Below, piece by piece: positions 55,267 through 63,940 of a stretch of 64,000 bases of DNA. The notes beneath the pieces were generated by a model, which saw only the letters and a list, made by a program, of their open reading frames with translations, was not told the origin of the DNA and made no database searches. The DNA lies in assembly GCA_016203305.1 (NCBI GenBank), contig JACQMY010000020.1, positions 8,003 through 72,002 on the forward strand, given 5' to 3'. Every line of letters begins with the position of its first letter. Positions within the stretch are counted from its first letter, which is position 1. Source of the stretch: Candidatus Woesearchaeota archaeon (GTDB lineage Archaea > Nanobdellota > Nanobdellia > Woesearchaeales > ARS49). Made by a program: the position numbers and the translations under genes.

Positions 55267-56015
55267 AACGAATAGCGATTCTAATTCTCCTACTAGCAAC
55301 ACTAGCAACAGCAGAACAGCTAAAAGACAAATCCTACTTTATAACACTACACTACTCACAAGGAAGTGTGACAGTAAAAAACGTCACCGTCGGCTACGGC
55401 TACGCACCAGACACAGTAAACCAGCCAACACAAGGATACAAAATAGTCCTCAAAGACTACAACAACGCAATAGTTTACGTCAAACTATTCACAATACCAA
55501 ACCAGATCGAAGCACCAATGACACCAGACGGCAGATGGTCGCCCTGGATAACACTCGACAACTTTGACTTTGTAGTCCAACTACCATACTACACAGAAGG
55601 CGGAACAATAGAAGCACAAACACCAACAGGACAACCAGTACCTGTTGAACCTGGTAAACCTGCGGCACTCCCCGGAAAAACAAGCACTCCAAGCGCAATA
55701 AACAACCCGGCCACGAACCAAGTCAACGTCAAACCACTAGCACAATGCAACCAAAACAAAATCTGCGACAACAGAGAAACCAGCAAAACATGCACGGACT
55801 GCAAAGGAACACAACAAGGACCAACAGCCAAGTACTTGTCAGGCGAAAAACTCACGCTAGGAGAAGCAGAACTAGAAGACCTGCCACTAGACGACAGCGT
55901 AGGCATCCCATGCAAAACCAAAATACCTCCAATTGTAACAAACAACCTCCTCTGGATCATACTGGCAATTGTTATCATAGCGGTCGTATACTGGAAAAAA
56001 CGAAAGAAATCCTGA
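55263..56015 (+). CDS. Secreted protein with a C-terminal TM anchor followed by a basic tail (sortase-like sorting-signal architecture)
   Basis: Signal peptide. It ends ...PPIVTNNLLWIILAIVIIAVVYWKKRKKS. It is coupled to the M64 gene by an ATGA overlap. Confidence 0.55.
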   Translation: MKRIAILILLLATLATAEQLKDKSYFITLHYSQGSVTVKNVTVGYGYAPDTVNQPTQGYKIVLKDYNNAIVYVKLFTIPNQIEAPMTPDGRWSPWITLDNFDFVVQLPYYTEGGTIEAQTPTGQPVPVEPGKPAALPGKTSTPSAINNPATNQVNVKPLAQCNQNKICDNRETSKTCTDCKGTQQGPTAKYLSGEKLTLGEAELEDLPLDDSVGIPCKTKIPPIVTNNLLWIILAIVIIAVVYWKKRKKS

Positions 56016-56597
56016 CTACTCATCCTTCAACAAGTCAGGCAAAACCCTCATGTCAAGCTGAGAAGTCCTATACTGACGAACACGGCTTGCCTCTATTTGT
56101 TCCTCAACATCATCAGGCAAAACAGTCAAGCCACCAAGAACAAAAGAAACACTCTCTGAACGAGTATCATGCATGGCTCTCAAAATTGCAGGAACTGGAG
56201 ATCCCTCGTAACCCTGCACTGTATTAACTCCGAGCTTTGATGACTTTATGACCTTTTCCAAGGGGGGCTGCGGAAAAGCATAAAAAATTCCAGTGCTAGC
56301 ACATTCGCCTGCACGCCGTACCACGTCATGAAAGCCATCGAGCACGCAATGATACGCGCCCTCCTGCACACGCCTCAAAAAATCAACATAAAACCTTCCT
56401 GCTTGCTCCTTTCCAACCAGCTCTCGCAACGCGCGCAAAGGATCCATCTGTTTATTACCCAAAACCTCACGCACGCGCAAAGGATCCAAACCACTAGCCA
56501 CCCGCTGAATGCCCTCTGAATATAATCTCGAAACATCCAACGTCGCATCCAAAGAAAACAACACCAAACCAGTCATAAATGTCGTAAAGCAAAACAT
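56016..56597 (-). CDS. Hypothetical protein
   Basis: ORF only. Confidence 0.35.
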   Translation of the reverse strand: MFCFTTFMTGLVLFSLDATLDVSRLYSEGIQRVASGLDPLRVREVLGNKQMDPLRALRELVGKEQAGRFYVDFLRRVQEGAYHCVLDGFHDVVRRAGECASTGIFYAFPQPPLEKVIKSSKLGVNTVQGYEGSPVPAILRAMHDTRSESVSFVLGGLTVLPDDVEEQIEASRVRQYRTSQLDMRVLPDLLKDE

Positions 56598-56669
56598 ACT
56601 TAAATAACATTCGACACAAATTAACCATGTTACAAAAAACTTTTAAAGTACGTTAAACGCCACAACCAA

Positions 56670-57794
56670 ATGAAAAAAGTCTTTTTATTGATTCTACTAA
56701 TAGCCTGCAGCCAGGCAAACGAAAAAATCTTTGTAGCAAACGAAGAAGCAGGAACAATATCAATCATTGACGCTACAACATTAAAAGAAATAGAACGAGT
56801 AACACTCTCTAATAAAGGAGACGACTACCTGCCACACAACATACAAACAGTCGGAAATTTAGTATTGATAACGGCAAACCACTATCATGGAGCACACGAT
56901 GAAAGCTCGCACAGCCACACAGAAAGTGTTGAGATGAACAAGCACATGGACGATCATGGAGAAACTCACGCGGGCAATCACGACCTAGCAGCAGAAAAAC
57001 CAACAATAGCATTCGGCATTGTTACGGTAGAAGCACACGAAGGAGAAGAGGAAGCACAAGAAATACACCCTGACCAGCTCGTCATAATGGACGCCAAAAC
57101 ACACAAAATAACCGAAAGAATAAACTTGGATGTTGAAGCACACCTCGCACACGTCGTATCAGATGGAGAGAATGCCTACATCACGGCAACAAACAAGAAC
57201 TTGTTATACATTGTAAACTTGGAAAACAAAAACCTCAACTACATAGAACTGGGAAACAGCAGCCCACACGGCATAAGACTAACACCAGACAAAGCAATAA
57301 TCGCAGGGATGAACAACCAACTACAACTGGTAGATTTACGAACAAACAAAGTAGAAACCATCAAACTCCCAGGCAAAGCAGTACAAACCGGCTATGTAAC
57401 GGGTAAAGCACTAGCGACAATCTACGACACCAAGCAAATAGCAATCTACGATCTCACGAGCAAAAAACTAGAATTTGTCAACCTAACCAACGCAAAAGGA
57501 CCAATACAACTATACCCAACACCAAATGAGAAATACATCTATGTTGCTGATCAAGGAGTTTATTTCGCACAACCACCAGGAACTAACACTTACAAAATAA
57601 ACCTGGAAACAAAACAAATAACGACCATACCAACAGGTCAAGCACCACATGGAGTAGTGGTAAGCCCAGACGGCAGAGTATGGGTGACAAACCTTCAAGG
57701 CAACACAGTCAGCCTACTAGAAAACGACAAAAAAACAGCAGAGATAGACGTCGGCGTGCTACCAAACGGGATAACGTACTGGAGCAAGGTTTAA
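56670..57794 (+). CDS. Lipoprotein (lipobox LIACS) with a YVTN-type beta-propeller and a His-rich insert
   Basis: Repeated ...YV(A/T)...G.V.V(I/V)D... blades (YITATNKNLLYIVN, YIYVADQG, VWVTNLQGNTVSLL) plus HYHGAHDESSHSHTE...HMDDHGETHAGNHD. Confidence 0.6.
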   Translation: MKKVFLLILLIACSQANEKIFVANEEAGTISIIDATTLKEIERVTLSNKGDDYLPHNIQTVGNLVLITANHYHGAHDESSHSHTESVEMNKHMDDHGETHAGNHDLAAEKPTIAFGIVTVEAHEGEEEAQEIHPDQLVIMDAKTHKITERINLDVEAHLAHVVSDGENAYITATNKNLLYIVNLENKNLNYIELGNSSPHGIRLTPDKAIIAGMNNQLQLVDLRTNKVETIKLPGKAVQTGYVTGKALATIYDTKQIAIYDLTSKKLEFVNLTNAKGPIQLYPTPNEKYIYVADQGVYFAQPPGTNTYKINLETKQITTIPTGQAPHGVVVSPDGRVWVTNLQGNTVSLLENDKKTAEIDVGVLPNGITYWSKV

Positions 57795-57820
57795 AAACAA
57801 CTCTTTCTGACAACGCACGC

Positions 57821-58213
57821 ATGGAAATAATCAACACGATACTCTCGCCACCGTTCTTAGTAGCAAACACATCAATAATCGCGGCAATCCTCGGCGGAAT
57901 GACATTATTCTTCTTCGGAACACTATTTGACAAGAAATTAATATTCCCAACAGCCAAATGGATAGACAACCACGCCTACTCATTCATCCGCCACAAAACC
58001 CACACCAAAGCAAAGTACTGCGCACACGCATCAGAAAGCATAGCAACAATATTCCTCATCATTTACTGCTATCTCAACGTAACCCTACTCGCAGAATACA
58101 TCTACGCACCAATACTCCAACGATTAAGAGGAATACTATTGCTGGTTTGCATAGGATTGCTTATACTAACAAGCTGGGCATACCACCATTATCAGTTGCA
58201 CAGGAAATGGTGA
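57821..58213 (+). CDS. Membrane protein, hypothetical
   Basis: The internal ATG at 57821 gives a 4-TM protein. The long track ORF upstream overlaps the previous gene. Confidence 0.4.
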   Translation: MEIINTILSPPFLVANTSIIAAILGGMTLFFFGTLFDKKLIFPTAKWIDNHAYSFIRHKTHTKAKYCAHASESIATIFLIIYCYLNVTLLAEYIYAPILQRLRGILLLVCIGLLILTSWAYHHYQLHRKW

Positions 58214-58261
58214 GTTCTACAACAAGATTTAAAAACCATAAGACGGGGCACAGTAGAATAT

Positions 58262-58373
58262 GCCTTCGTAGCATAGTAGCTATTGCGCCACCTTGGTATC
58301 ACCTGGCCATTGGCAGTCAGCCATTCGCCAGCCAACAAGGTGGAGGTCGCGGGTGCAACTCCCGTCGAAGGCT
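58262..58373 (+). tRNA. Candidate intron-containing tRNA-Thr (anticodon GGT)
   Basis: Perfect 7-bp acceptor stem GCCTTCG/CGAAGGC, U8, A14, A21, anticodon stem CCACC/GGTGG, U33-GGT-A37, then a ~39-nt insertion at the canonical 37/38 site (TCACCTGGCC...GCCAACA), T-arm GCGGG-TGCAACT-CCCGT. The T-loop has an unusual G55, so confidence is moderate. Confidence 0.5.
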
Positions 58374-58548
58374 CTAAAAATCTGCGGATTTTGGATCCTC
58401 GAAGTGCAAAGCACGTTCGAGGCTCTACAAAAACATTAATCTAATTTACGGCCATAAAAAATCAATTATTTCTAGCTTGAAATTCTCCGTCGATAAACGT
58501 AAACCTTATATATCCATTGATCGCCGGAAGATATCTTAAGATATCCTT

Positions 58549-58752
58549 ATGGAAAGCAAGAAAGTTCTACTAACGCTGAACAAGGGATTGTATGAACTAC
58601 TCAAGCAGAAAGCAGACCAGAACTACATGAGCGTGCAGGAACTCATCTACGACGTTCTAAGACGGAACGTACTGCCAACAAAGAAAACAGGTGCAGGCAG
58701 GCCAAAGAAGGTAGAAGACCAATACATAGAATACTTTTCAAGAAAGAGGTGA
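58549..58752 (+). CDS. Ribbon-helix-helix (CopG-like) small DNA-binding protein
   Basis: An N-terminal beta-strand (KVLLTLNKGLYELL), then two helices and a basic tail. Confidence 0.45.
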   Translation: MESKKVLLTLNKGLYELLKQKADQNYMSVQELIYDVLRRNVLPTKKTGAGRPKKVEDQYIEYFSRKR

Positions 58753-58755
58753 ACC

Positions 58756-59028
58756 ATGGACCCAACAATGATCGCAGGAATCCTAGGAGGCGTAGGCGGA
58801 GCCACAAGAGGACTAATAGGACTACTCAAAAGCCTCGCACTCAAAAGAAAGGTACTCTGGCAGTACTGGGCAATAACAGTCGCGATATCAATAATCATCG
58901 GCATATTCACCGGCATAGTGTTCAACTACGACCCACGATTAAGCCTCCTAGCCGGCTACGCAGGCACAGACATACTTGAAGGCATCTACAAAGGCTTCAA
59001 GGCGGAGAAAGTGTTGGTGAGGAAGTGA
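58756..59028 (+). CDS. Small membrane protein
   Basis: Two TM helices. It starts 4 nt after the RHH gene. Confidence 0.45.
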   Translation: MDPTMIAGILGGVGGATRGLIGLLKSLALKRKVLWQYWAITVAISIIIGIFTGIVFNYDPRLSLLAGYAGTDILEGIYKGFKAEKVLVRK

Positions 59029-59150
59029 ACCAGTCGCTGGCTTTGGAAATATATTGGTTCCAAAGCATTTGGGACTGGAATGGCATTGACTCAATCTATG
59101 ATCAGAGATTTTACACTATTGCCTTTTTAGTGTTAGGTAGAAATCTCTCG

Positions 59151-59537
59151 TCATTGACTCACTCGTTTCTTTGTTTCTCCAAGAATAAGTTTCCAGAATG
59201 TTTTCACAAGCGCAATCGCCTCGTCCAAATCCATCAATGATGCTTGATACCCATTGTAGTTTATGTTTTGCCGAACAGTGCGCAGCCAGTCAAGCGCCTG
59301 TAACGGACGGTCTGCAGTTACCTGTAAACCAATCACTGCTTTCAGCCGATCCTCATGATTTTCAACCTTCCCTTCCATAGCGAGCAACGCCTGTCCGAGT
59401 TGATGAAAGCATTCGTAAATCCTGCTAACAATGGTGGATGCACCCTCTGCAGTAGGTTTGAGTTCTAATAAATACTGCATCTCCCGCTCACTTGCCTGCA
59501 CGAGCGACCGTGCCTTTGCGACATCAGGCGCTTTCAT
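59151..59537 (-). CDS. HEPN-domain protein (partner of the adjacent nucleotidyltransferase)
   Basis: All-helical 128-aa protein. It overlaps the MNT gene by 4 nt. The classic HEPN/MNT arrangement. Confidence 0.6.
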   Translation of the reverse strand: MKAPDVAKARSLVQASEREMQYLLELKPTAEGASTIVSRIYECFHQLGQALLAMEGKVENHEDRLKAVIGLQVTADRPLQALDWLRTVRQNINYNGYQASLMDLDEAIALVKTFWKLILGETKKRVSQ

Positions 59538-60115
59538 GGCTTCACCTCCAAAAAGCCATCAAGAACAATGCCGTTCGCAATGTTGGCGAATAGGTTGATG
59601 TCAACTTTATCTCTTGAGAAAAGAAGCAGGTTGACTTTGATATTATCCCGGTAGCCAATAGTGACTGTTCTGAAGCGTTCAACTCTTGCACTTAGGCCTG
59701 GAAGCTCAATCGCAATATCCAAGTCGCTCTTGCGCTCGTCCTCTCCCTTCCTGAAGCTGCCAAATAGCGTGATCGAGCGCGCCTGTGGGTATGCTCTGCG
59801 GATCTCGTCCACAAGAGGAGTGCAGTATATATTCGCAAGATTCGAGGCAATCTTCAGCCGAACGAACTGCAAGGAAGCTTTATTTGCCATCAGACGCCAA
59901 GAGCGCCCGAAATGATTTTTCAGGATAAGCCCTTTCTTGATCGCTTCCTCAATGAGGGGACTTGCCGTCTTTTTAGCAGTTTTCGTCTGCTCACACACCT
60001 CGGTCAGCGTCCAGTCACTATCAGGAAAAGAGAAAAACCACTGCATAATGCGTGCAGCAGCAGTGAACAACTCTGCGCTGACCTTCTTCCCGGAAAGTGG
60101 CTTATTCTTTGACAT
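59534..60115 (-). CDS. Minimal nucleotidyltransferase (MNT, Pol-beta superfamily) with an N-terminal wHTH
   Basis: ITLFGSFRKGEDERKSDLDIAIEL is the GS-x(9-13)-D-x-D NTase motif. Confidence 0.7.
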   Translation of the reverse strand: MSKNKPLSGKKVSAELFTAAARIMQWFFSFPDSDWTLTEVCEQTKTAKKTASPLIEEAIKKGLILKNHFGRSWRLMANKASLQFVRLKIASNLANIYCTPLVDEIRRAYPQARSITLFGSFRKGEDERKSDLDIAIELPGLSARVERFRTVTIGYRDNIKVNLLLFSRDKVDINLFANIANGIVLDGFLEVKP

Positions 60116-60147
60116 ACTACATAGTTTCCAATGTTACTATAAAAGAC

Positions 60148-60200
60148 TTTCGGAAACCAATTAGTCTCTTCGGAAACCAATCGGTTTCTCTGGAAACCAT
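60148..60200. promoter_or_regulatory. Three direct repeats of (T)TCGGAAACCAAT at ~21-nt spacing upstream of the MNT-HEPN operon
   Basis: ctttCGGAAACCAATtagtctctttCGGAAACCAATcggtttctctGGAAACCATgc. The TATA-like CTTTTATAG (reverse strand) is at 60137-60145. Confidence 0.4.
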
Positions 60201-60282
60201 GCTTTGTTTGTTACAAATATCCCTTCGCTTGCGACGGCTGGTTTGCAGAAACAATGATTAGTAAGGGTTTGTAACAATGATC

Positions 60283-60852
60283 CTATTCCAATTCTCTTTT
60301 CAAAGTTTTGTGCGCATGATTAATGGCCTTGAACTTTTCAAGATTGCCAGTAGGAGTATCAGGATGGTGTGCGCGAGCAAGATCCTTGTAACGCTTGTTG
60401 ATCTCATCCAAATTCTTAACATCATGGTTTAAACCAAGAACTTCACGCGCTTGCTTGCGCTTCTCCTCGACATCCTCGTCCTCTGCAAAAGCCCCAATAA
60501 AGTCCATCATGGACTTCTCCTCGTTCAAAACAGCAGCAACCTCGAGTTCCAAAACCTTGGAAACAACGTAAAGATTATTGACAAACTTGCCAACATCATA
60601 CTGGTAAAACATTCGATGACCCTCAGCAAACCACTCAACAGACGCAGCAACCTTCTTGAAACCAGGCTCCAAAGGAATTTCAACCTGGCCATCAGGAATT
60701 CCCAGTTTTTTCAAAGCGTGAATTATATTATTCTTCAACTGCACAGCACGTCTGTCAAAAGAATCCCTGGCAATGACGGCATCAAACTCGTAACCCTTCA
60801 CCTTGACTATCATACGATTACCTGCGCCGCTTCCAAAAATGTTCCTGACCAT
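60283..60852 (-). CDS. J-domain (DnaJ-like) protein with an uncharacterised N-terminal domain
   Basis: The C-terminal YKDLARAHHPDTPTGNLEKFKAINHAHKTL contains the HPD tripeptide. It overlaps the DEAD-box helicase gene by 35 nt. Confidence 0.7.
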   Translation of the reverse strand: MVRNIFGSGAGNRMIVKVKGYEFDAVIARDSFDRRAVQLKNNIIHALKKLGIPDGQVEIPLEPGFKKVAASVEWFAEGHRMFYQYDVGKFVNNLYVVSKVLELEVAAVLNEEKSMMDFIGAFAEDEDVEEKRKQAREVLGLNHDVKNLDEINKRYKDLARAHHPDTPTGNLEKFKAINHAHKTLKRELE

Positions 60853-62008
60853 GATGTTTATTCGCCCTATGCTCAGGACGCTTATGGTCAGAAGTCACTG
60901 TGATTTTTTCAAAAGCAGGAAGCAAAGCCTGCGGTATCTGCCTGTTAACATGGCGCATGATGCCCTTAAAGTCATGAACATCAGAAGGTGTTACGAACGT
61001 AACAGCATCCCCTTTAGCGCCGGCACGAGCAGTCCTGCCAATCCGGTGAACGTAATCATCAGGAGTCTGCGGCAAGTCAAAATTGTACACGTGAGAAATG
61101 TTATCAATATGCAAGCCTCTGGATGCAACATCGGTAGCAACTAGAATACCAACACCGCGCTTGTGCAAACTATTAATCGTATGAATCCTATTGCTCTGAG
61201 ACAAACCACCATGAATGGGAGTAGCGTCAATCCTTTGAGCGCGCAAATTACGAGCGACACGATCACAACCATGACGCGTCTTACAAAACACGATAGCAAT
61301 ACCAGGAGTCTCGTGCTTCAAACAATGAACAAGCAAAGAAAACTTGTCAGGACCATGAACTGCAAAAGCCCTCTCAGCAAGCAAGCTCGTGTCAACATGA
61401 GTCTTGGCTTCAACCATTACAGGAGAGTTCATGTACTTGTGCACCAAAGACTTCAAACGAGGAGCCAAAGTAGCGCTGAACAGCATAGTCTGCCTCTGTT
61501 TAGGAGTGCAACGAATAATTTTTTCAACATCATCAATAAAACCCATGTCCAACATACGGTCAGCCTCATCCAACACCAAATGACGAACAGTATGCAACTT
61601 AACTCCTCTTTCAATCAAGTCAAGCAACCTGCCAGGAGTTGCAACGATAACTTCAGCGGTTCTCACTGCACCCAACTGAGCACCAATACCGACACCGCCA
61701 AAAACAGGAACAACACGCAAACGAGCAAAACCCCTCAATGCATCACTAACTTGAACGCACAACTCACGAGTAGGAGTCAAAACCAAAACTTGAATACCCC
61801 TGCCAGACTGAATCAAGCTCAAAATCGGCAAGCCAAAAGCAGCAGTTTTACCAGAACCAGTCTCAGAATGACCAATAACATCCTTGCCCTCCAAAATGAG
61901 CGGAATAGCCTTCTGTTGGATCAAAGTCGGCTCAGTATAGCCAAGCCTATGAACACTCTTTAATACGTCCTCAGACAAGTTAAAATCGGAAAACTGCACG
62001 TCATTCAC
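60818..62008 (-). CDS. DEAD-box ATP-dependent RNA helicase
   Basis: Q-motif region, GSGKTAAFGLP (motif I), VLDEADRMLDMGF (DEAD), SAT and HRIGRTARAG (motif VI). Confidence 0.9.
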   Translation of the reverse strand: MNDVQFSDFNLSEDVLKSVHRLGYTEPTLIQQKAIPLILEGKDVIGHSETGSGKTAAFGLPILSLIQSGRGIQVLVLTPTRELCVQVSDALRGFARLRVVPVFGGVGIGAQLGAVRTAEVIVATPGRLLDLIERGVKLHTVRHLVLDEADRMLDMGFIDDVEKIIRCTPKQRQTMLFSATLAPRLKSLVHKYMNSPVMVEAKTHVDTSLLAERAFAVHGPDKFSLLVHCLKHETPGIAIVFCKTRHGCDRVARNLRAQRIDATPIHGGLSQSNRIHTINSLHKRGVGILVATDVASRGLHIDNISHVYNFDLPQTPDDYVHRIGRTARAGAKGDAVTFVTPSDVHDFKGIMRHVNRQIPQALLPAFEKITVTSDHKRPEHRANKHHGQEHFWKRRR

Positions 62009-62149
62009 TCCTATCCTTAAAACTATAGTTCAGAATAGTATATATTAACCCTGTAGGTCCCTTTATAAATGTTTGCTTTTGCAAAACCGTCAGGACAGAG
62101 ATACGCGCCAGGAAAAAGACGCACAGAACAATAGCGTTCTTCGAAACAC

Positions 62150-62434
62150 TTAAGCAAACTCATCCTTCAAATCATAAAACAACGCAACAAACTTCTGCAC
62201 TGCAATCTTTAACTCCTTTTGGCCAGAAGGAGTTATCTTATATTTCTTCTCGCGACCAGACTCCTTGACCTCCTCAATCAAGCCATTCCTGCTTAACTCC
62301 TTCAAAACAGGATAAACAGTCCCTGGAGACGGCCGGCAACCCTTGCGCTTCTCCATCTCATCACGAATCTCGTCACCAGACATGGACTTCTTGCTGATCA
62401 TTCGCAGTATAAGAAACGTAAGAAATCCCTTCAT
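62150..62434 (-). CDS. PadR-family transcriptional regulator
   Basis: MKGFLTFLILRMISKKSMSGDEIRDEME....GTVYPVLKELSRNGLI is the PadR wHTH signature. Confidence 0.7.
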   Translation of the reverse strand: MKGFLTFLILRMISKKSMSGDEIRDEMEKRKGCRPSPGTVYPVLKELSRNGLIEEVKESGREKKYKITPSGQKELKIAVQKFVALFYDLKDEFA

Positions 62435-62499
62435 CTCGCACGCAGTCATGCGACAAAAAATGGCACGAGACTATATATTATTTTCCTGTAAAGATCTTC

Positions 62500-63588
62500 T
62501 TATCTTAAACCAAACTCATCCTTAACAGCATCAACAGGAATAGCAAAGTTCAAACCCTCGGCATCAGCAAACTTCTGCGTCACAACACCAACAAGCTCGC
62601 CATTCTTGTTAACCAAAGGACCGCCAGAATTACCGCCATTGACAGCAGCATCAAATTGGAGCCAAAAACGGCCAAAACCGTCATCAAGGTCACGATCAAG
62701 AGCAGATACAATGCCCTGAGTGGCAGTAAACTCCAAATACTGAGGATTGCCCAAAGCCAGAACCTCGTCACCAACAGCAAGAGCATCAGAACTACCCAAA
62801 GAAACAAACGAGCCAACAAGAGAAGTTTCCAACAAAGCCAAATCATAATCATCATTCAACTCAATAACTTCAGCAGAAGAACGTATTCCATCACCTGTAA
62901 CGATCTCTATAGTTGGAGCGCCAACACAAGTGAAAAATACAGAATAGAGAGGATCATCGCAAATCAATTCACGAGGATCAGCAACGTGCTTGTTAGTCAA
63001 AACAACACCGTGCTTATTGATAACAGCACCAGAACCGCCGATTGGCAAAACAATAGACATTGGAGAAATATCCCCCATCAACATCAAACCCTTTGAAGTC
63101 AAGCCGGACTCCAAAGAATCCAAAGATGAAAAGTCAAAATTCCACTCAACAGGAATACTTGTTGTAATCTCAACAACAGAAGGCAAAACACCCTGGACAA
63201 CATCAGAAAAATCACTCGCCTTACGGTCAACAGTAACGATCTGGTCAGACAACTCAAGAGTCTGACGCTGCAATTTCTTAGCACTGCGAGAAACACCATG
63301 AAGATCCTTATCCTGCTGCGACAATCTGCTCCTCACCAACAACTCTTGGCTGGCAAGCTCGTCCTCAAACGCAGACAATTGAGCAAGACGTTCATGCTGC
63401 TGTTGCGCAGCAAGCAACTGTTGCTGTTGTATCGCAAACTGTGAAGCAGAAACCTGCTGACGCATGGCTTCCAAATCATTTTGCAAGCCAGATTGAACAT
63501 CGGCCTGATAAGCAAGAATTGCAACCAATGGAATAAGGACAACTGCCAAAAGTAAGATTAACGTTTTCATAACTTGTAGAGAATGCAA
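62500..63588 (-). CDS. Membrane-anchored trypsin-like (S1/HtrA-type) serine protease with an N-terminal Gln-rich coiled coil and no PDZ domain
   Basis: TNKHVAD (His), DLALLE (Asp) and GGNSGGPLVN (Ser) form the catalytic triad. An N-terminal TM helix and QQQQLLAAQQQ are present. Confidence 0.8.
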   Translation of the reverse strand: MHSLQVMKTLILLLAVVLIPLVAILAYQADVQSGLQNDLEAMRQQVSASQFAIQQQQLLAAQQQHERLAQLSAFEDELASQELLVRSRLSQQDKDLHGVSRSAKKLQRQTLELSDQIVTVDRKASDFSDVVQGVLPSVVEITTSIPVEWNFDFSSLDSLESGLTSKGLMLMGDISPMSIVLPIGGSGAVINKHGVVLTNKHVADPRELICDDPLYSVFFTCVGAPTIEIVTGDGIRSSAEVIELNDDYDLALLETSLVGSFVSLGSSDALAVGDEVLALGNPQYLEFTATQGIVSALDRDLDDGFGRFWLQFDAAVNGGNSGGPLVNKNGELVGVVTQKFADAEGLNFAIPVDAVKDEFGLR

Positions 63589-63633
63589 GTCATTTATAAA
63601 CCATTCGGTTTCTTTACCACTACAGAATGGTGT

Positions 63634-63940
63634 CTATTTGTTTTCTGTTCCATGATGGTAAAATTCACCAGCACGCCGCATCTCGTTAACAGAAGCACCC
63701 TGACGGAAAGAAGCATCAGCACGAATCACCATCTTCGCATCATTAACATCACCAATCAACACAGGCTTTATCAGAACCCGATCGCCAATACCCGAATTCT
63801 CCAAAGTCCTCTTGCCAACAAGAAGCAGAAGTAGAAACGCTACTTCCAGCAATCTTAAACGCAACATCCTCCTGACCACTCGGAAGAACACCATACTTGC
63901 GACCCTCAACAGCATCGGCAAGAGTCTGAGCCTTCCTCAA
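63634..63940 (-). pseudogene. Possible frameshifted TOBE/Mop-like domain gene; two overlapping frames
   Basis: One frame gives ...GVLPSGQEDVAFKIAGSS (like G-Q-x-L-x-A-x-I-T-x-x-S). The other gives LENSGIGDRVLIKPVLIGDV...MVIRADASF (like EELGLKVGDEVxAxIKAxxVMIA). The first frame stays open to the window end. This is weak. Confidence 0.25.

Noticed and set aside
58381-58440. Treating 58374-58440 as a complete integrated element
   Set aside because: The duplicated tRNA 3' end is real, but the interval between the copies is only ~50 nt and no integrase is nearby. It is reported as an att-like footprint, not as a mobile element.
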